64,000 nucleotides of DNA from Candidatus Latescibacterota bacterium (GCA_965116875.1 OZ220733.1:4992001-5056000), one strand, 5' to 3'; counted from the stretch's first letter, positions 20,638-31,550 are shown. Notes: generated by a model not told the origin, from the letters alone. Numbers and translations are program-made.

Positions 20638-21429
20638 ATGCAGATCATCGTCCGGAACGAAGCCGAACTGAAGCATCGCTGGAACGGCCTTCAGAATTTC
20701 CTGATCGACCCTGAGTTCTTCCGCTTTGACATGGAGTTTCCACCCGCCGACGAAATCGTGGACATCCTTCGAAAGGACGGTCAGGCACGAATCAACATTC
20801 GAGGTGACATCTCGGAAGATGAGAAAAAAGCGAGGGCTGAGGAATTTAAATCGCTACCCATCGCCGACGTCATCGACCGCCCCTTCTCACTGGCGCACTT
20901 TCACCTGCAGAATTTCTACGGCGAGGGTCAGTTCCTGCGGGATTTTCAGAAGAAGATCATGATTCCATGGCGCACCTTTCTGGCATCGAACGGATTTACC
21001 TGGCAACGCTGTTATCCCATCATTTTTATTTCCGGAAGGAACTGCAGCTCGTCATACCACATGGATACCTCGCACGTCGTGGCGTGGCAGGTCTGGGGCG
21101 TAAAAACCTTCAATGCCTTCAAGGATCCCTACAAATACGCACCCCTCGACGACGCCGTCAACAACCGCGACGCGCTCAGGGGACCGAACGGACCGCCGGA
21201 TCACGACCCCGAGGACATACTTTCGTACAAGATGAAAAAAGGGGATTTGCTCTGGAATCAATTGCTCACGCCCCACTGGGTGCCCGCCGGTGACAGTGTC
21301 GCCGTGAGCGTCAACATATCGCACGGCGGCATTTCCTACGGCGGGAGGTTCAGCCCCAACGAGACGGCCCTGAGAAAACGCTGGGAGACCCATCCCAAAG
21401 AGGCCTGGCTTGTGGATGTCCGTTACTGA
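20638..21429 (+). CDS. cupin / JmjC-like protein
   Basis: YHMD...WQVWGVK...GDLLW...PHWV (HxD...H metal triad); AGGAG RBS. Confidence 0.65.
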   Translation: MQIIVRNEAELKHRWNGLQNFLIDPEFFRFDMEFPPADEIVDILRKDGQARINIRGDISEDEKKARAEEFKSLPIADVIDRPFSLAHFHLQNFYGEGQFLRDFQKKIMIPWRTFLASNGFTWQRCYPIIFISGRNCSSSYHMDTSHVVAWQVWGVKTFNAFKDPYKYAPLDDAVNNRDALRGPNGPPDHDPEDILSYKMKKGDLLWNQLLTPHWVPAGDSVAVSVNISHGGISYGGRFSPNETALRKRWETHPKEAWLVDVRY

Positions 21430-21564
21430 CGGGCACGGTCCTGAGGATCCTTTCCTGGCCACGTGGCCAACCTCAAACCATCATTCGGCGATCCGCGCGT
21501 TCGAGGTCATCCTTGCGGTGAGAAACGCGAGGTTACAGTTGCGTTCACGTTCGGTACCATCCTG

Positions 21565-22395
21565 ATGATACACGTACATAACGGCCGCCGGCCGGTCTCC
21601 GGATGGCGCCTGCGTCTCCGGCACATCATGTTCGATTCGGAAACGCCTGCGGGGCGCCGTTTCGCACTCGCTCTCATTTTCACCATCATTCTGAGTGTCC
21701 TGACCGTGATGCTGGACAGCGTCGACGCTGTCCGGAAGACCCACGGCGACTTTCTTTACGGCCTTGAGTGGTTCTTTACGCTCGTTTTCACGCTCGAGTA
21801 TTTTTTGCGGCTTGTCTGCACCGGCCGCCGATTGCGATACGCGACGTCCTTCTTCGGCATTGTTGACCTTCTCGCTATCCTCCCCACCTATATCGACGTT
21901 CTCCTGCCCGGCAGTCATTACCTGGTTGTCATACGCGTCCTCCGCGTGCTCCGCGTTTTTCGCGTACTCAAACTGGTACAGTACCTGGCCGCGGCGCGGA
22001 TGATGCTCCGGGCGATTCAGTCGAGTTACCGAAAGGTTGCGGTTTTTGTGCTTACGGTGATGACGGCGGTTGTCATCCTGGGCTCATTGATGTACGTGAT
22101 TGAGACACCCGAAAACGGGTTTACGAGTATTCCCCGCAGCATCTACTGGGCCATCGTGACGATCACCACCGTCGGATACGGAGACATTTCTCCCAAGACC
22201 GCGCCGGGACAGATGCTTGCGACCATCGTGATGTTGCTGGGGTTCAGCATCATCGCTGTGCCCACCGGCATCCTGTCGGCTGAAATCTCGCAGGCCATGA
22301 GAACCCGGGGCGGCGCCCGGTCCTGTTTGAAATGCAACGCCGAGATCCGGGAGCCCAATGCGAAATATTGTCAATACTGCGGCACGGAATTATAG
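21565..22395 (+). CDS. voltage-gated potassium channel (ion transporter family)
   Basis: S4 RVLRVLRVFRVLK, pore TITTVGYGD, C-terminal zinc ribbon; start uncertain. Confidence 0.9.
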   Translation: MIHVHNGRRPVSGWRLRLRHIMFDSETPAGRRFALALIFTIILSVLTVMLDSVDAVRKTHGDFLYGLEWFFTLVFTLEYFLRLVCTGRRLRYATSFFGIVDLLAILPTYIDVLLPGSHYLVVIRVLRVLRVFRVLKLVQYLAAARMMLRAIQSSYRKVAVFVLTVMTAVVILGSLMYVIETPENGFTSIPRSIYWAIVTITTVGYGDISPKTAPGQMLATIVMLLGFSIIAVPTGILSAEISQAMRTRGGARSCLKCNAEIREPNAKYCQYCGTEL

Positions 22396-23368
22396 GGCGC
22401 TGGCCGTACTGCTTCCCGTGGCGCTGGCATTCATCTGGTTTCGGCCGGCGTCCGGGACTCCGGAACAGCGGGCTGCCGATCTCTGCGTCCGCGCCGAGGC
22501 CGCATTGAAACACGGAGACGACGAAAGAGCGATGGCGTCGTACCGGAAATCCATCGCCATCCACTCTCCCAACGTACGTGCCCGGTACGGTCTTGCGGAT
22601 CTCCTGGCCGCACGGGGTCGGTTCGCCGAGGCGAAGAAGACCCTGAACGCGATAACGCACTCTGTAACCGGCCCGCAGGAGTGGATAAGATACGCGCGCG
22701 CCCTTCGCCACGCACGGGCGGATACAGAGGCCGAGGCCGCCTTTTTGAGAGCCGTCGAAGGGATGCCGGACAACCCCGCGCACGCCCTGGAACTGGCGGA
22801 ATTCTATCTCGCGGCGGGAAACCCGGACAGCGCGGAAGCCCATTTCCGGCGCGCCGGGTCCATCGGCGGCGACCGCGGCCGGACTCTCGCCGGTCTGGGG
22901 CGCGTTCACTTCAGCCGCGGCGAACTCGATTCCTCCGCGGCCTGCTTCCGGCGGGCCCTCGAGGACGCTCCCGGAGACGTCGAACTGCTCTGTGACATCG
23001 CCAGCACCGAACTCCGGACGATGTGTCCGCGCACTGCATTGTCCCATCTCCGGCGGGCCGTCGCTGTGGATCCTTACCACTCGCGCGCGCGGTATCTGAC
23101 GGGTCAGGCCCTGCTCGCCCTCGGGCGTGACGGGGAGGCCGGGGCGCAGCTGACTGTATTCGAACGCCAGAGCAGGCTGGCCGCGCGCATTCGCTATCTG
23201 GAACGCAACGCCGCGGAAAATCCGACGGCGGAACGCTTTCAAACCCTTTCGCACTACTACATGCTTTCGGGGAAGGACAGCCTTGCCGCGGCGTGTCTGC
23301 AAAGGGCGACCGCGCTGAATCCGCTCGTTACCGCGCCCGCCGAAGCCATTGGACCCGACCCCTTCTGA
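22358..23368 (+). CDS. tetratricopeptide repeat protein, exported
   Basis: N-terminal hydrophobic segment followed by TPR-like A/L/G/Y repeats. Confidence 0.75.
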   Translation: MRNIVNTAARNYRALAVLLPVALAFIWFRPASGTPEQRAADLCVRAEAALKHGDDERAMASYRKSIAIHSPNVRARYGLADLLAARGRFAEAKKTLNAITHSVTGPQEWIRYARALRHARADTEAEAAFLRAVEGMPDNPAHALELAEFYLAAGNPDSAEAHFRRAGSIGGDRGRTLAGLGRVHFSRGELDSSAACFRRALEDAPGDVELLCDIASTELRTMCPRTALSHLRRAVAVDPYHSRARYLTGQALLALGRDGEAGAQLTVFERQSRLAARIRYLERNAAENPTAERFQTLSHYYMLSGKDSLAAACLQRATALNPLVTAPAEAIGPDPF

Positions 23369-23464
23369 GCGGTCCGACCGCGGGATAGCGGCAGCTGGCA
23401 ACCGGCGCCCTGTTCCGTGCGGGATGCCGGTCCCGCGCAACTTCGTTTCAGGAAACACCAGTCC

Positions 23465-25462
23465 ATGTCAATGCCATCTGCGAAATCGATGAGTTCCGAT
23501 GCCGGCCGGGAAGCAGTGAAGAGTCGTGGCGTAACCGTCCGGTCCATCGTCTACGGCCTGTTCCTCTCGGTGGCCATCGGCATCCTGGGCGACACGGTGC
23601 GCTACATCCTTCACGCATCGTTTATGGCGTACAGCCATATGCCCATGGGCAACCTGATCCTCACGCTGGTCTCCATCATCGTCTGTTCGATACTGGCCTA
23701 CAAATTCGGCAGGAGGTTTCTGTTCTCCTCGTCGGAGTGGATCACCATCTTCTGCATGGGATTCATCAGTTCCCTGGGGCCTACCTACGGGATCAGCGGC
23801 TACCTCGTGGGGATCATGGTCGCGCCGCACTATTTCGTCACCCAGGAGAACGAATGGGCGCGATACCTTCATCCGTATCTGCCGGGTTGGCTGATTCCGG
23901 AAAACGAAGGCAACGCGATGGCCTGGTTCTACGAAGGTCTGCCCCAGGGCGCGTCCATTCCGTGGGGCGTCTGGGCCGTGCCCCTGTTCTGGTGGTTCAC
24001 CTTTCTCTGCGCGGTCGCTCTTGCCGCCGCCTGCCTCTCCATCATCTTCCGAAAGCAGTGGTCCGAATACGAGCGCCTCGTCTTCCCGGCGATGGAACCC
24101 ATAATTGAGTTCACCACGCAGGGCGGAACGGGGAAACGATGGTTCCCGGAATTCATGAAGGGAAAGACGTTCTGGGCCGGGTTCATGCTCACCACGTTCG
24201 TTTTCGGCTGGAACATGATTGCCTGGTTCTATCCCCAGTTCCCCCGCTTTCCCACGGCTTCCGCCCGCTGGTTCTTTTTCTCACGGGATTTCCCGCCCGG
24301 ATTTTTCTTTTTGAGCACGGTTGTCATCTGTTTCTCGTACTTCGCCAGCCTCGAGATCCTCTTCAGCCTCTGGTTTTTCGATGTGCTTTTCATCCTCGAG
24401 GGCGGCATCCTCAGCGGGCTTGGCATCTCGGCCATCTCGCCCTACTACGGCCGCGGGCGTTACATCTGGCAGACGGCCGGCGGGTTTACGGCCTTCGCCC
24501 TCTGGGGGATCTGGGTCGCAAGACACCACCTCCGCGACGTCATCAGGAAAGCCTTCAATCCGGATCGGCCGACACCCGACGACAGCAACGAACTGCTCTC
24601 GTACCGGCACGCCGTAATCGGCCTGATCGCCGGATGTCTCTACATGGCGCTCTGGCTGGGATGGATCGGCATGCAGCTGAAGGTCATCGTCCTTCTCATC
24701 CTGTGCATGCTCGTCGTCTATACGACCGTATCGAAGATGCTCGCCGACTCCGGTATTGTCTATCTCAACCCGCCCACGTCGGCCTGGGGTCTCCTCAGCC
24801 GGTTTCTGGGCGGTTCCCATACGTTTACCGCGCACACCAAGATGGCGCTGAGCATGTCCTCCCGCGCGGTAAACCACTACCGCGGTCTTACCATGGGTAC
24901 GATGACCCACATCAACCGCCTGGCGGAGTTCCTGCCTGCGGGCAAACGCCGGCTCTTCGGGGCGGTCTGCGGGGCATTCGTCGTGGGGATGGTCACTTCC
25001 ACAATCTACACCGTCTGGCTCGGATACACAATCGGCGGATACAATATCCAACCCAACTGGCTGATCATCCACGCCGGTGTCCGGCAGATCCAGGGCATCG
25101 CCAACTCCATCAAGGCCGTGGACAGCCCCATCGAGCCGGTCAACTACTGGTTTTTCTTCGCCGGGGCCGCCGCGATGGCTTTTCTGAATCTGATGCGGTA
25201 CCGCTTCGTCTGGTGGCCGCTGCACCCGATCGGATTCGCGCTCTCCGGCACGGCGCTTTCGAGGCTTACCAGCGCGACCATATTTGTGGCATGGCTGGTC
25301 AAGCTGACCATGCTCAAGCTGGCCGGCGCCGCCTTTTACCGGAAATCCAGACCGTTCTTCATCGGCATGCTTGTGGGGTACATATTGTCCGTGGCCGCCG
25401 GCGTTGTGGTGGACGCCATCTGGTTCCAGCCGGACGGCCACGTGGTACATAAATGGTACTGA
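23465..25462 (+). CDS. large polytopic membrane protein (DUF6785/DUF6784-like)
   Basis: Many TM helices; QWSEYERLVFP, WWPLHPIG, RPFFIG patterns recalled from this family. Confidence 0.7.
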   Translation: MSMPSAKSMSSDAGREAVKSRGVTVRSIVYGLFLSVAIGILGDTVRYILHASFMAYSHMPMGNLILTLVSIIVCSILAYKFGRRFLFSSSEWITIFCMGFISSLGPTYGISGYLVGIMVAPHYFVTQENEWARYLHPYLPGWLIPENEGNAMAWFYEGLPQGASIPWGVWAVPLFWWFTFLCAVALAAACLSIIFRKQWSEYERLVFPAMEPIIEFTTQGGTGKRWFPEFMKGKTFWAGFMLTTFVFGWNMIAWFYPQFPRFPTASARWFFFSRDFPPGFFFLSTVVICFSYFASLEILFSLWFFDVLFILEGGILSGLGISAISPYYGRGRYIWQTAGGFTAFALWGIWVARHHLRDVIRKAFNPDRPTPDDSNELLSYRHAVIGLIAGCLYMALWLGWIGMQLKVIVLLILCMLVVYTTVSKMLADSGIVYLNPPTSAWGLLSRFLGGSHTFTAHTKMALSMSSRAVNHYRGLTMGTMTHINRLAEFLPAGKRRLFGAVCGAFVVGMVTSTIYTVWLGYTIGGYNIQPNWLIIHAGVRQIQGIANSIKAVDSPIEPVNYWFFFAGAAAMAFLNLMRYRFVWWPLHPIGFALSGTALSRLTSATIFVAWLVKLTMLKLAGAAFYRKSRPFFIGMLVGYILSVAAGVVVDAIWFQPDGHVVHKWY

Positions 25463-25551
25463 CGATCTGTTATCCGGACGTAAACCATACCCGGCGGGAA
25501 TGATCATGACGTCCCGTTTACGAGAATCCTTATCCTGATTCAGGTATTTCC

Positions 25552-28500
25552 GTGAAAACAAAAAACATCACCATCGGCCTGGTCATGCTGATTGCCTTTC
25601 TCGCATTGACCCTGGTCTCCCCTCAGGCGCTGACCGACCGCCTGTTCGAGTGGTTCGATATCCGCTATCCCGATCCACCGCCTGAACGGCTGGCAACCGA
25701 CCAGCAGCAACTGGCCGACAGCATTCGGGAGCGGATCACGCCGGCCGGAGTCGAATCGCGACTGCTCCGGCTCAGCGGGTCGGGTTCGCGGGTGGTTGGC
25801 TATCCGGGCCACAGGGCCGCATCCCTCTATATTCGGGAAGAGTTCGAACGCGTGGGCCTGGAAAATGTCTCCGTGGAAACCTACGACGTCACGTCGCCTG
25901 TCGACAAAGGCGGCGGCCTTCGCATTATCGGCGAACCCGGCGTCATCCCGATTCATGCGGTCTGGCCCAACCTGGTCCGCACGTCCACGCTGCCGAGCGC
26001 CGGGCTGCGAGCCCCGCTGATCGACGGCGGCGGCGGCGAATTCGCCGACTTCAACGGCAAGGAGCCCGACGGCAGCGTCGTTCTGCTGGATTTCAACTCG
26101 TGGAACCGCTGGATGAACGCCTCCATGCTGGGCGCCAGGGCGATTGTCTTTGTCGCGCCGGATTCCACCACGACGGCGGAAGCAGAGCAGAAATTCTTCC
26201 AGGTTCCGCTCAATGCGCCCCGTTTCTGGATTGGCAAGTCCGAAGGGGAACGCCTCCGGCGCCGGCTTGCCGCCGGCGAGCGGATCGAAGTGGAACTGAA
26301 AGCCCGGATGGACTGGGAACGGCACCCCACGCAAAACATCATCGGCTGGATACCGGGCGCGGACCCTGAGTTGCGGGAACGCGTGGTACTCATCGATGCC
26401 TATTACGATGCGATGTCCGTGGTGCCCGCGCTTGCCCCGGGCGCCGAACAGGCATCCGGAATCGCCGCACTGCTGGAAATGGCAGCATACTTCAAGGCGC
26501 ATCCGCCCGCCCACACCGTCCTTTTCCTGGCCACGTCCGCGCATCATCTCGGTTTTCGCGGCGTGTGCGACTTTCTGGGGAGGCATGCACGGAAAGAGGA
26601 ACACTTCGCCGCGTTGATGACGGATCCCATCGATATCCGGTTGTGGATCTCCCTGGACCTCACCTCCCAGACCGACCAGATGGCCGTGTGGAACGGTTCC
26701 ACCGCGTTCTATTTCCAGCGGTTCTTCACGCCCCTGGGCAAACGATTCAGCAGGCTTGGGGCAGACCTCGCGCCGGTATTCGGCATGGACGCAAAGCAGT
26801 CGCTGGTTGACGGCATCAACCCGCCTTCGGGCATGAGCTGGAGCATGTTTATTCCCGGCGGGAATCTGAAGACCGACTCGCAGGTGGTTCTCACCGCTGG
26901 AATGCCCACACTGGCGTTCGTAACCATCAACGACGCCCGCTTCAGGGTCGACACCCCCCACGACACCGTGGACAAGGTCAATCTGACCAATCTGACGAAT
27001 CAGATCCGGCTGCTTACCGCGGCGCTCAGCAAGGCCCTGAACGATCCCGGCTTCCTGCCCGACTACCGCGTTGAGATGAAGGATCGCATGCGCGCACTGA
27101 AGGGACGCATCCTCACCTTTCCCCGGCGAAGCATCACGCCGGACCGGCCCCGAAAGGGCGCGGTGGCGGTATTGCGCATGTCTTACGAGAAGTCGGTCAA
27201 GGGCGTCCGCGCGATATTTTACGATCAGGCCGACGAAAACGGCGAGTTCTACGTTCCCGGTCTGGCGGTGCGCTGGGTGGGCCTCGATGCCTTTTATCTA
27301 GACCCGGAAAGCGGCGAAATCACCTATGCGTGGGATCGAGGGCAGGCCGCGCGGATCTATAAGCCCGAATTCGGCATGGACTGGTGGATTACGCGTGGCA
27401 CCCGTATCCTGTTTCCCTGTGTTTCAACGGACTTCTACGAAACCGTGGATCCGCGTTATCTCACGAAGCTTCCGAATCTCTCCCTGTACGGCGACGGGAA
27501 CACCGCCCCGCGGGAGTACGGCTATACCCTGGGCTATGGCCCCAACGAGCCGGTGGGCGTCGTGTTCACTCCTCCCGGCACACGACTCAAAATCACCATG
27601 CATACGCGCGGCATCGGCATCCGCTATCTGCTGCTGAATGCAACCGATACAACCAGCGTCGAGGCGGCGCACAAAAGCGGATTCGTCGCCGCCACACACG
27701 GCGCAATCACGCATACGGCGTACCAGGCCGCCAAGGACATGTGGGTACTGGACCACGCCAGGATGCGCGAACTGCACGCCTACGGAATCGAAAACGACCG
27801 CCTTGACGATCTGCACACGCGGGCGAAGAAACACCTGGACCAGGCGGATATGGCCCGTGACGAGCTGCGGTGGGACGATTTCATCAGACATTCGCGGGCG
27901 GCGCTGGGACTCGAGTCGCGCGCGTATCCGGATGTCAAGGGGACGCAGAACGACGTGATCCGGGGCATCATCTTTTTCATGGCGCTGGTCCTGCCCTGTG
28001 CCTTCTTCGCGGAACGACTTATCTTCACGGCGGTGGACATCCGGTGGCAGATTGCGGGATTCGCCGGTATTTTCATGGTGATCTGGATCTTCCTGTCGAT
28101 CGTCCATCCCGCATTCGACCTTTCCAATCCCTTCGTCATTCTCCTGGCCTTTGTGCTCCTGGCGCTGGCCAGCTTCGTGATCAGTCTGGTATTTTCCCGC
28201 TTTAACAGCCAGATGCGCAACCTACGCACGGAGGCCGCCGTTATCCACGACGTGGACGTGGGTCGGATATCGGCCTCTCTGGCTGCCTTTCAGCTGGGCA
28301 TCGCCAATATGAAGCGGCGCAAACTCAGAACGCTGCTCACCTTCACCACGCTCGTTTTGCTCACCTTTACCGTCCTGTCATTCTCCTCCATCAAGTCGCA
28401 GCTCAAGTTTCATCAGATCGCGCGGGACAATCTGGGCCCGTATCCGGGGATGCTCATCCGCAGCAAGTACTGGGCGCCGCTGGAGGAATCCGTCCTCGAC

Positions 28501-30090
28501 TACGTTCACGCCAACTTCGGAAAGGAAGCCGTTGTGGCGGCGCGCAGCTGGTACGCCTCCAAGGAGAAAAAAGCCATCCAGGTTGTATCGGACAGCACGT
28601 CGGCCAACGCGCTGGGCATTCTGGGACTGACCGCGCATGAGACCGACGTGATCGGCATCCAGGACTGCCTGTCCGCCGGCCGGTGGTTCCTTCCGGGCGA
28701 ACGAAACGTCACCGTTCTGCCCCAGGCGATGGCGGACCTTCTGAAAATTGACGAATCCGACGTCGGCAACGCGGAAGTACGCCTCTTCGGAGAGCGTTTC
28801 AAGGTTGTCGGACTGATCGACGCCGAGCGAATGAAGGACCTGGAAGACCTGGATGGCGAGCCGCTGACACCCGCGGATTTCGTGCTTACCGATGAGAACG
28901 TGTTCATGCAGATGGCACAGCAGGAGAAGCGGGAGAAAGCCGGACTGGAGGAGACCGACGTTGAAATCATGGAGTTCGAACACCTCGACCCGGCAAACGT
29001 CATGGTGGTCCCCTACCAGACCCTGAGGGAAGTCAACAGTCCGCTCCAGGCGATTGCGGTCCGGTTCAGGGACCCATCGGTGGTCAAGGCGCGCGTGGAG
29101 AGTTTCATCTCGCGGCTCTCCGTGGTCCTGTTCGCGGGGGTGCCGGAGATTTCTCCGGAGGGAAAGATCGGGCGCATTGCCGTTTCCGTCTACTCCTCGT
29201 ACGGGCAGGCGTCGCCCCAGGGCCTCGCCAACCTCTTCATTCCCATCGCAATTGCCGCGCTGATCGTGTTGAACACAATGATGGGATCGGTGTACGAACG
29301 ATTCCGGGAAATCGGCATCTATTCCTCGGTTGGCCTGGCGCCGGTACACATCGCCTTCCTCTTCCTGGCCGAGTCCTGCGTGTACGCCGTGCTTGGCGCG
29401 GTCTCGGGTTATCTGCTCGCACAGGGCGTGTCCAAGCTCCTCTTCTGGCACGGGCTCCTCGAGGGCCTCACGTTGAACTATTCCTCCGTGTCGGCGATGG
29501 CCTCGTCCACGCTTGTCATGCTCGTGGTCATCCTGTCCACCGTTTACCCCGCCCGCCGGGCTTCCCAGATGGCGGTACCCGACATTACCCGGCGCTGGAA
29601 GCTCCCCGATCCGGACGCGGACCGCTGGCATTTCGAGTTTCCGTTCACCATCTCCGGCGGCGAGGTTCTGGGGCTGTTTACGTTTCTCACCAGATATTTC
29701 GACTTTCATACCGAAAGTTCAATGGGGACCTTCTTCACCCACGGCGCCAACCTGTCCGAGTATGACACCGACCGGGGACGCGGGTATCGGATAGATACCA
29801 CCATCTGGCTGGCGCCGTTCGATCTCGGGGTCAGCCAGAACATCAGCCTGACGTCCACGCCCACGGGCGCCTTCGGCATCCATGCGCTCGAAATCACCAT
29901 TGACCGGCTTTCGGGCGACCTCGCCTCGTGGAAACGATGCAACCAGCGCTTCATGAACCAGATCCGGAAACAGTTCCTCATCTGGCGTACCATTCCCGAA
30001 GAGAGTCAGCGTCAGTACGCGAGCGAGGGCGATGAACTGATCGGCAAGGGAACGGCGGCCAACCTGGCGCCCGCCGGGGAGAACGTCTGA
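25552..30090 (+). CDS. M28-peptidase-like/PA domain fused to FtsX/MacB-like permease
   Basis: SRVVGYPG, NIIGWIPG, IDAYYD, GAEQASG, DTPHDT; TM bundles with NMKRRKLRTLLT and VYERFREIGIYSSVG, FLAES (FtsX). Confidence 0.8.
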   Translation: MKTKNITIGLVMLIAFLALTLVSPQALTDRLFEWFDIRYPDPPPERLATDQQQLADSIRERITPAGVESRLLRLSGSGSRVVGYPGHRAASLYIREEFERVGLENVSVETYDVTSPVDKGGGLRIIGEPGVIPIHAVWPNLVRTSTLPSAGLRAPLIDGGGGEFADFNGKEPDGSVVLLDFNSWNRWMNASMLGARAIVFVAPDSTTTAEAEQKFFQVPLNAPRFWIGKSEGERLRRRLAAGERIEVELKARMDWERHPTQNIIGWIPGADPELRERVVLIDAYYDAMSVVPALAPGAEQASGIAALLEMAAYFKAHPPAHTVLFLATSAHHLGFRGVCDFLGRHARKEEHFAALMTDPIDIRLWISLDLTSQTDQMAVWNGSTAFYFQRFFTPLGKRFSRLGADLAPVFGMDAKQSLVDGINPPSGMSWSMFIPGGNLKTDSQVVLTAGMPTLAFVTINDARFRVDTPHDTVDKVNLTNLTNQIRLLTAALSKALNDPGFLPDYRVEMKDRMRALKGRILTFPRRSITPDRPRKGAVAVLRMSYEKSVKGVRAIFYDQADENGEFYVPGLAVRWVGLDAFYLDPESGEITYAWDRGQAARIYKPEFGMDWWITRGTRILFPCVSTDFYETVDPRYLTKLPNLSLYGDGNTAPREYGYTLGYGPNEPVGVVFTPPGTRLKITMHTRGIGIRYLLLNATDTTSVEAAHKSGFVAATHGAITHTAYQAAKDMWVLDHARMRELHAYGIENDRLDDLHTRAKKHLDQADMARDELRWDDFIRHSRAALGLESRAYPDVKGTQNDVIRGIIFFMALVLPCAFFAERLIFTAVDIRWQIAGFAGIFMVIWIFLSIVHPAFDLSNPFVILLAFVLLALASFVISLVFSRFNSQMRNLRTEAAVIHDVDVGRISASLAAFQLGIANMKRRKLRTLLTFTTLVLLTFTVLSFSSIKSQLKFHQIARDNLGPYPGMLIRSKYWAPLEESVLDYVHANFGKEAVVAARSWYASKEKKAIQVVSDSTSANALGILGLTAHETDVIGIQDCLSAGRWFLPGERNVTVLPQAMADLLKIDESDVGNAEVRLFGERFKVVGLIDAERMKDLEDLDGEPLTPADFVLTDENVFMQMAQQEKREKAGLEETDVEIMEFEHLDPANVMVVPYQTLREVNSPLQAIAVRFRDPSVVKARVESFISRLSVVLFAGVPEISPEGKIGRIAVSVYSSYGQASPQGLANLFIPIAIAALIVLNTMMGSVYERFREIGIYSSVGLAPVHIAFLFLAESCVYAVLGAVSGYLLAQGVSKLLFWHGLLEGLTLNYSSVSAMASSTLVMLVVILSTVYPARRASQMAVPDITRRWKLPDPDADRWHFEFPFTISGGEVLGLFTFLTRYFDFHTESSMGTFFTHGANLSEYDTDRGRGYRIDTTIWLAPFDLGVSQNISLTSTPTGAFGIHALEITIDRLSGDLASWKRCNQRFMNQIRKQFLIWRTIPEESQRQYASEGDELIGKGTAANLAPAGENV

Positions 30091-30182
30091 TGCGGATTCG
30101 GCCCCTCCTTTCACGCCCATCGGCGGCCCCGCCACCTCGCCCGGCCTGTCAATACCCGCACCCGCGGTGGATACCGTAAGCT

Positions 30183-31469
30183 GTGCCTCTCGGCAGACAC
30201 ATTCTGGTGGAGCTGTACGGGTCTCCCGCATCCGTACTGAACGACGTCATCCGCATTGAAGCGTGTATGGTTCACGCGGCTCGAGCGGCGAACGCCACGG
30301 TAATCAACACCTCCTTCCATCGTTTCTCGCCGTTCGGCGTCTCCGGCGTCGTCGTTATCCACGAGAGTCACCTCTCCATCCACACCTGGCCCGAGTACGG
30401 ATTCGCCGCGGTCGATCTGTTTACCTGCGGAGACACGATCGACCCGTGGGCAGCGTATGAAGCGCTGAAATCGGACCTGAAAGCCGCTCACGGCACCACC
30501 CGGGAGATAGACCGCGGTCAGTTCGATGGTCCTGTTCACGCCGATGCCGCGCCGGCCCAGGAGGCCGCGGAAACGGCTCCGGCACACATCCGCAATCTCT
30601 GGTTTACCAGACGGGAGGAAGGGATCGCCCTTTCGCTCAGGCACGCCGGCGCGCTCTTTCAGCATCAGTCGCCCCATCAGAAAATCGAAATCCTCGACAC
30701 CTACGGGTACGGAAAGACACTGGTGATCGACGGGGCAATCGTGTGCACGGAACGCGACGAGCACATCTACCACGAGATGATCGTCCACGTGCCCATGCAG
30801 ACCCGCCCCGAAGCCAGGCGCGCCCTGGTTGTCGGGGGCGGCGACGGCGGCGCCCTGCGCGAGCTGTTGCGCTATCAGCGGATCGAGGAGGTCGTCGTCG
30901 TTGAACTCGACGCCATGGTTGTCAGCGCATGCAGGCAACACTTCCCTGCCCTTGCTCCGGCATTCGAAGACTCCAGACTCTCGCTTCACATTGGCGACGG
31001 GTTCGACTTTCTGCAGACCTGTCCTGCCGAATCCTTCGATCTTGCGATCGTCGACGTCGCAAATCCCTCCGGCGGACCCCGGCATCTGTTCTCGGAATCT
31101 TTCTACGGGCGCGTTCGCGCGTGCCTCAGGCCGGGAGGCGTTATGGCAGCGCAGACCGAACCGCCCGCACTCGACAGCCGGACCTTCTCTGAAATATACA
31201 GCCGCCAGGAGACTGTTTTCGGTCCGGGAAACGTGCACTGCTACCTGGCCTGCATCCCCACGTATACGACCGGGCTGCTCAGCTTTTCATATGCCGCGGC
31301 GGGGTGCGCGGACCCTCTTGACGCTCTGGATCCGTCGATGGCTCGCCGTTTCGCGGACGCCCATGGCCTGCAATACTACAACGACGAAATCCACAGAGCC
31401 GCCTTTGTCCTCCCCCCCTTCGTCAGACGTCTTCTGCGAGGTGAATCCCTGGAGCCGGCGAGGTCCTGA
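30183..31469 (+). CDS. fused S-adenosylmethionine decarboxylase (SpeD) / polyamine aminopropyltransferase (SpeE)
   Basis: [30 protein letters not shown] (pyruvoyl ES site), then [19 protein letters not shown]. Confidence 0.9.
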   Translation: MPLGRHILVELYGSPASVLNDVIRIEACMVHAARAANATVINTSFHRFSPFGVSGVVVIHESHLSIHTWPEYGFAAVDLFTCGDTIDPWAAYEALKSDLKAAHGTTREIDRGQFDGPVHADAAPAQEAAETAPAHIRNLWFTRREEGIALSLRHAGALFQHQSPHQKIEILDTYGYGKTLVIDGAIVCTERDEHIYHEMIVHVPMQTRPEARRALVVGGGDGGALRELLRYQRIEEVVVVELDAMVVSACRQHFPALAPAFEDSRLSLHIGDGFDFLQTCPAESFDLAIVDVANPSGGPRHLFSESFYGRVRACLRPGGVMAAQTEPPALDSRTFSEIYSRQETVFGPGNVHCYLACIPTYTTGLLSFSYAAAGCADPLDALDPSMARRFADAHGLQYYNDEIHRAAFVLPPFVRRLLRGESLEPARS

Positions 31470-31550
31470 CACCGCCAGGACGTCCGCAGCAGATCCCCGG
31501 CGAAGACGCGCTGGGCCGTCTGCATGGGGTCCGCCTCCACTGATTTCCGG

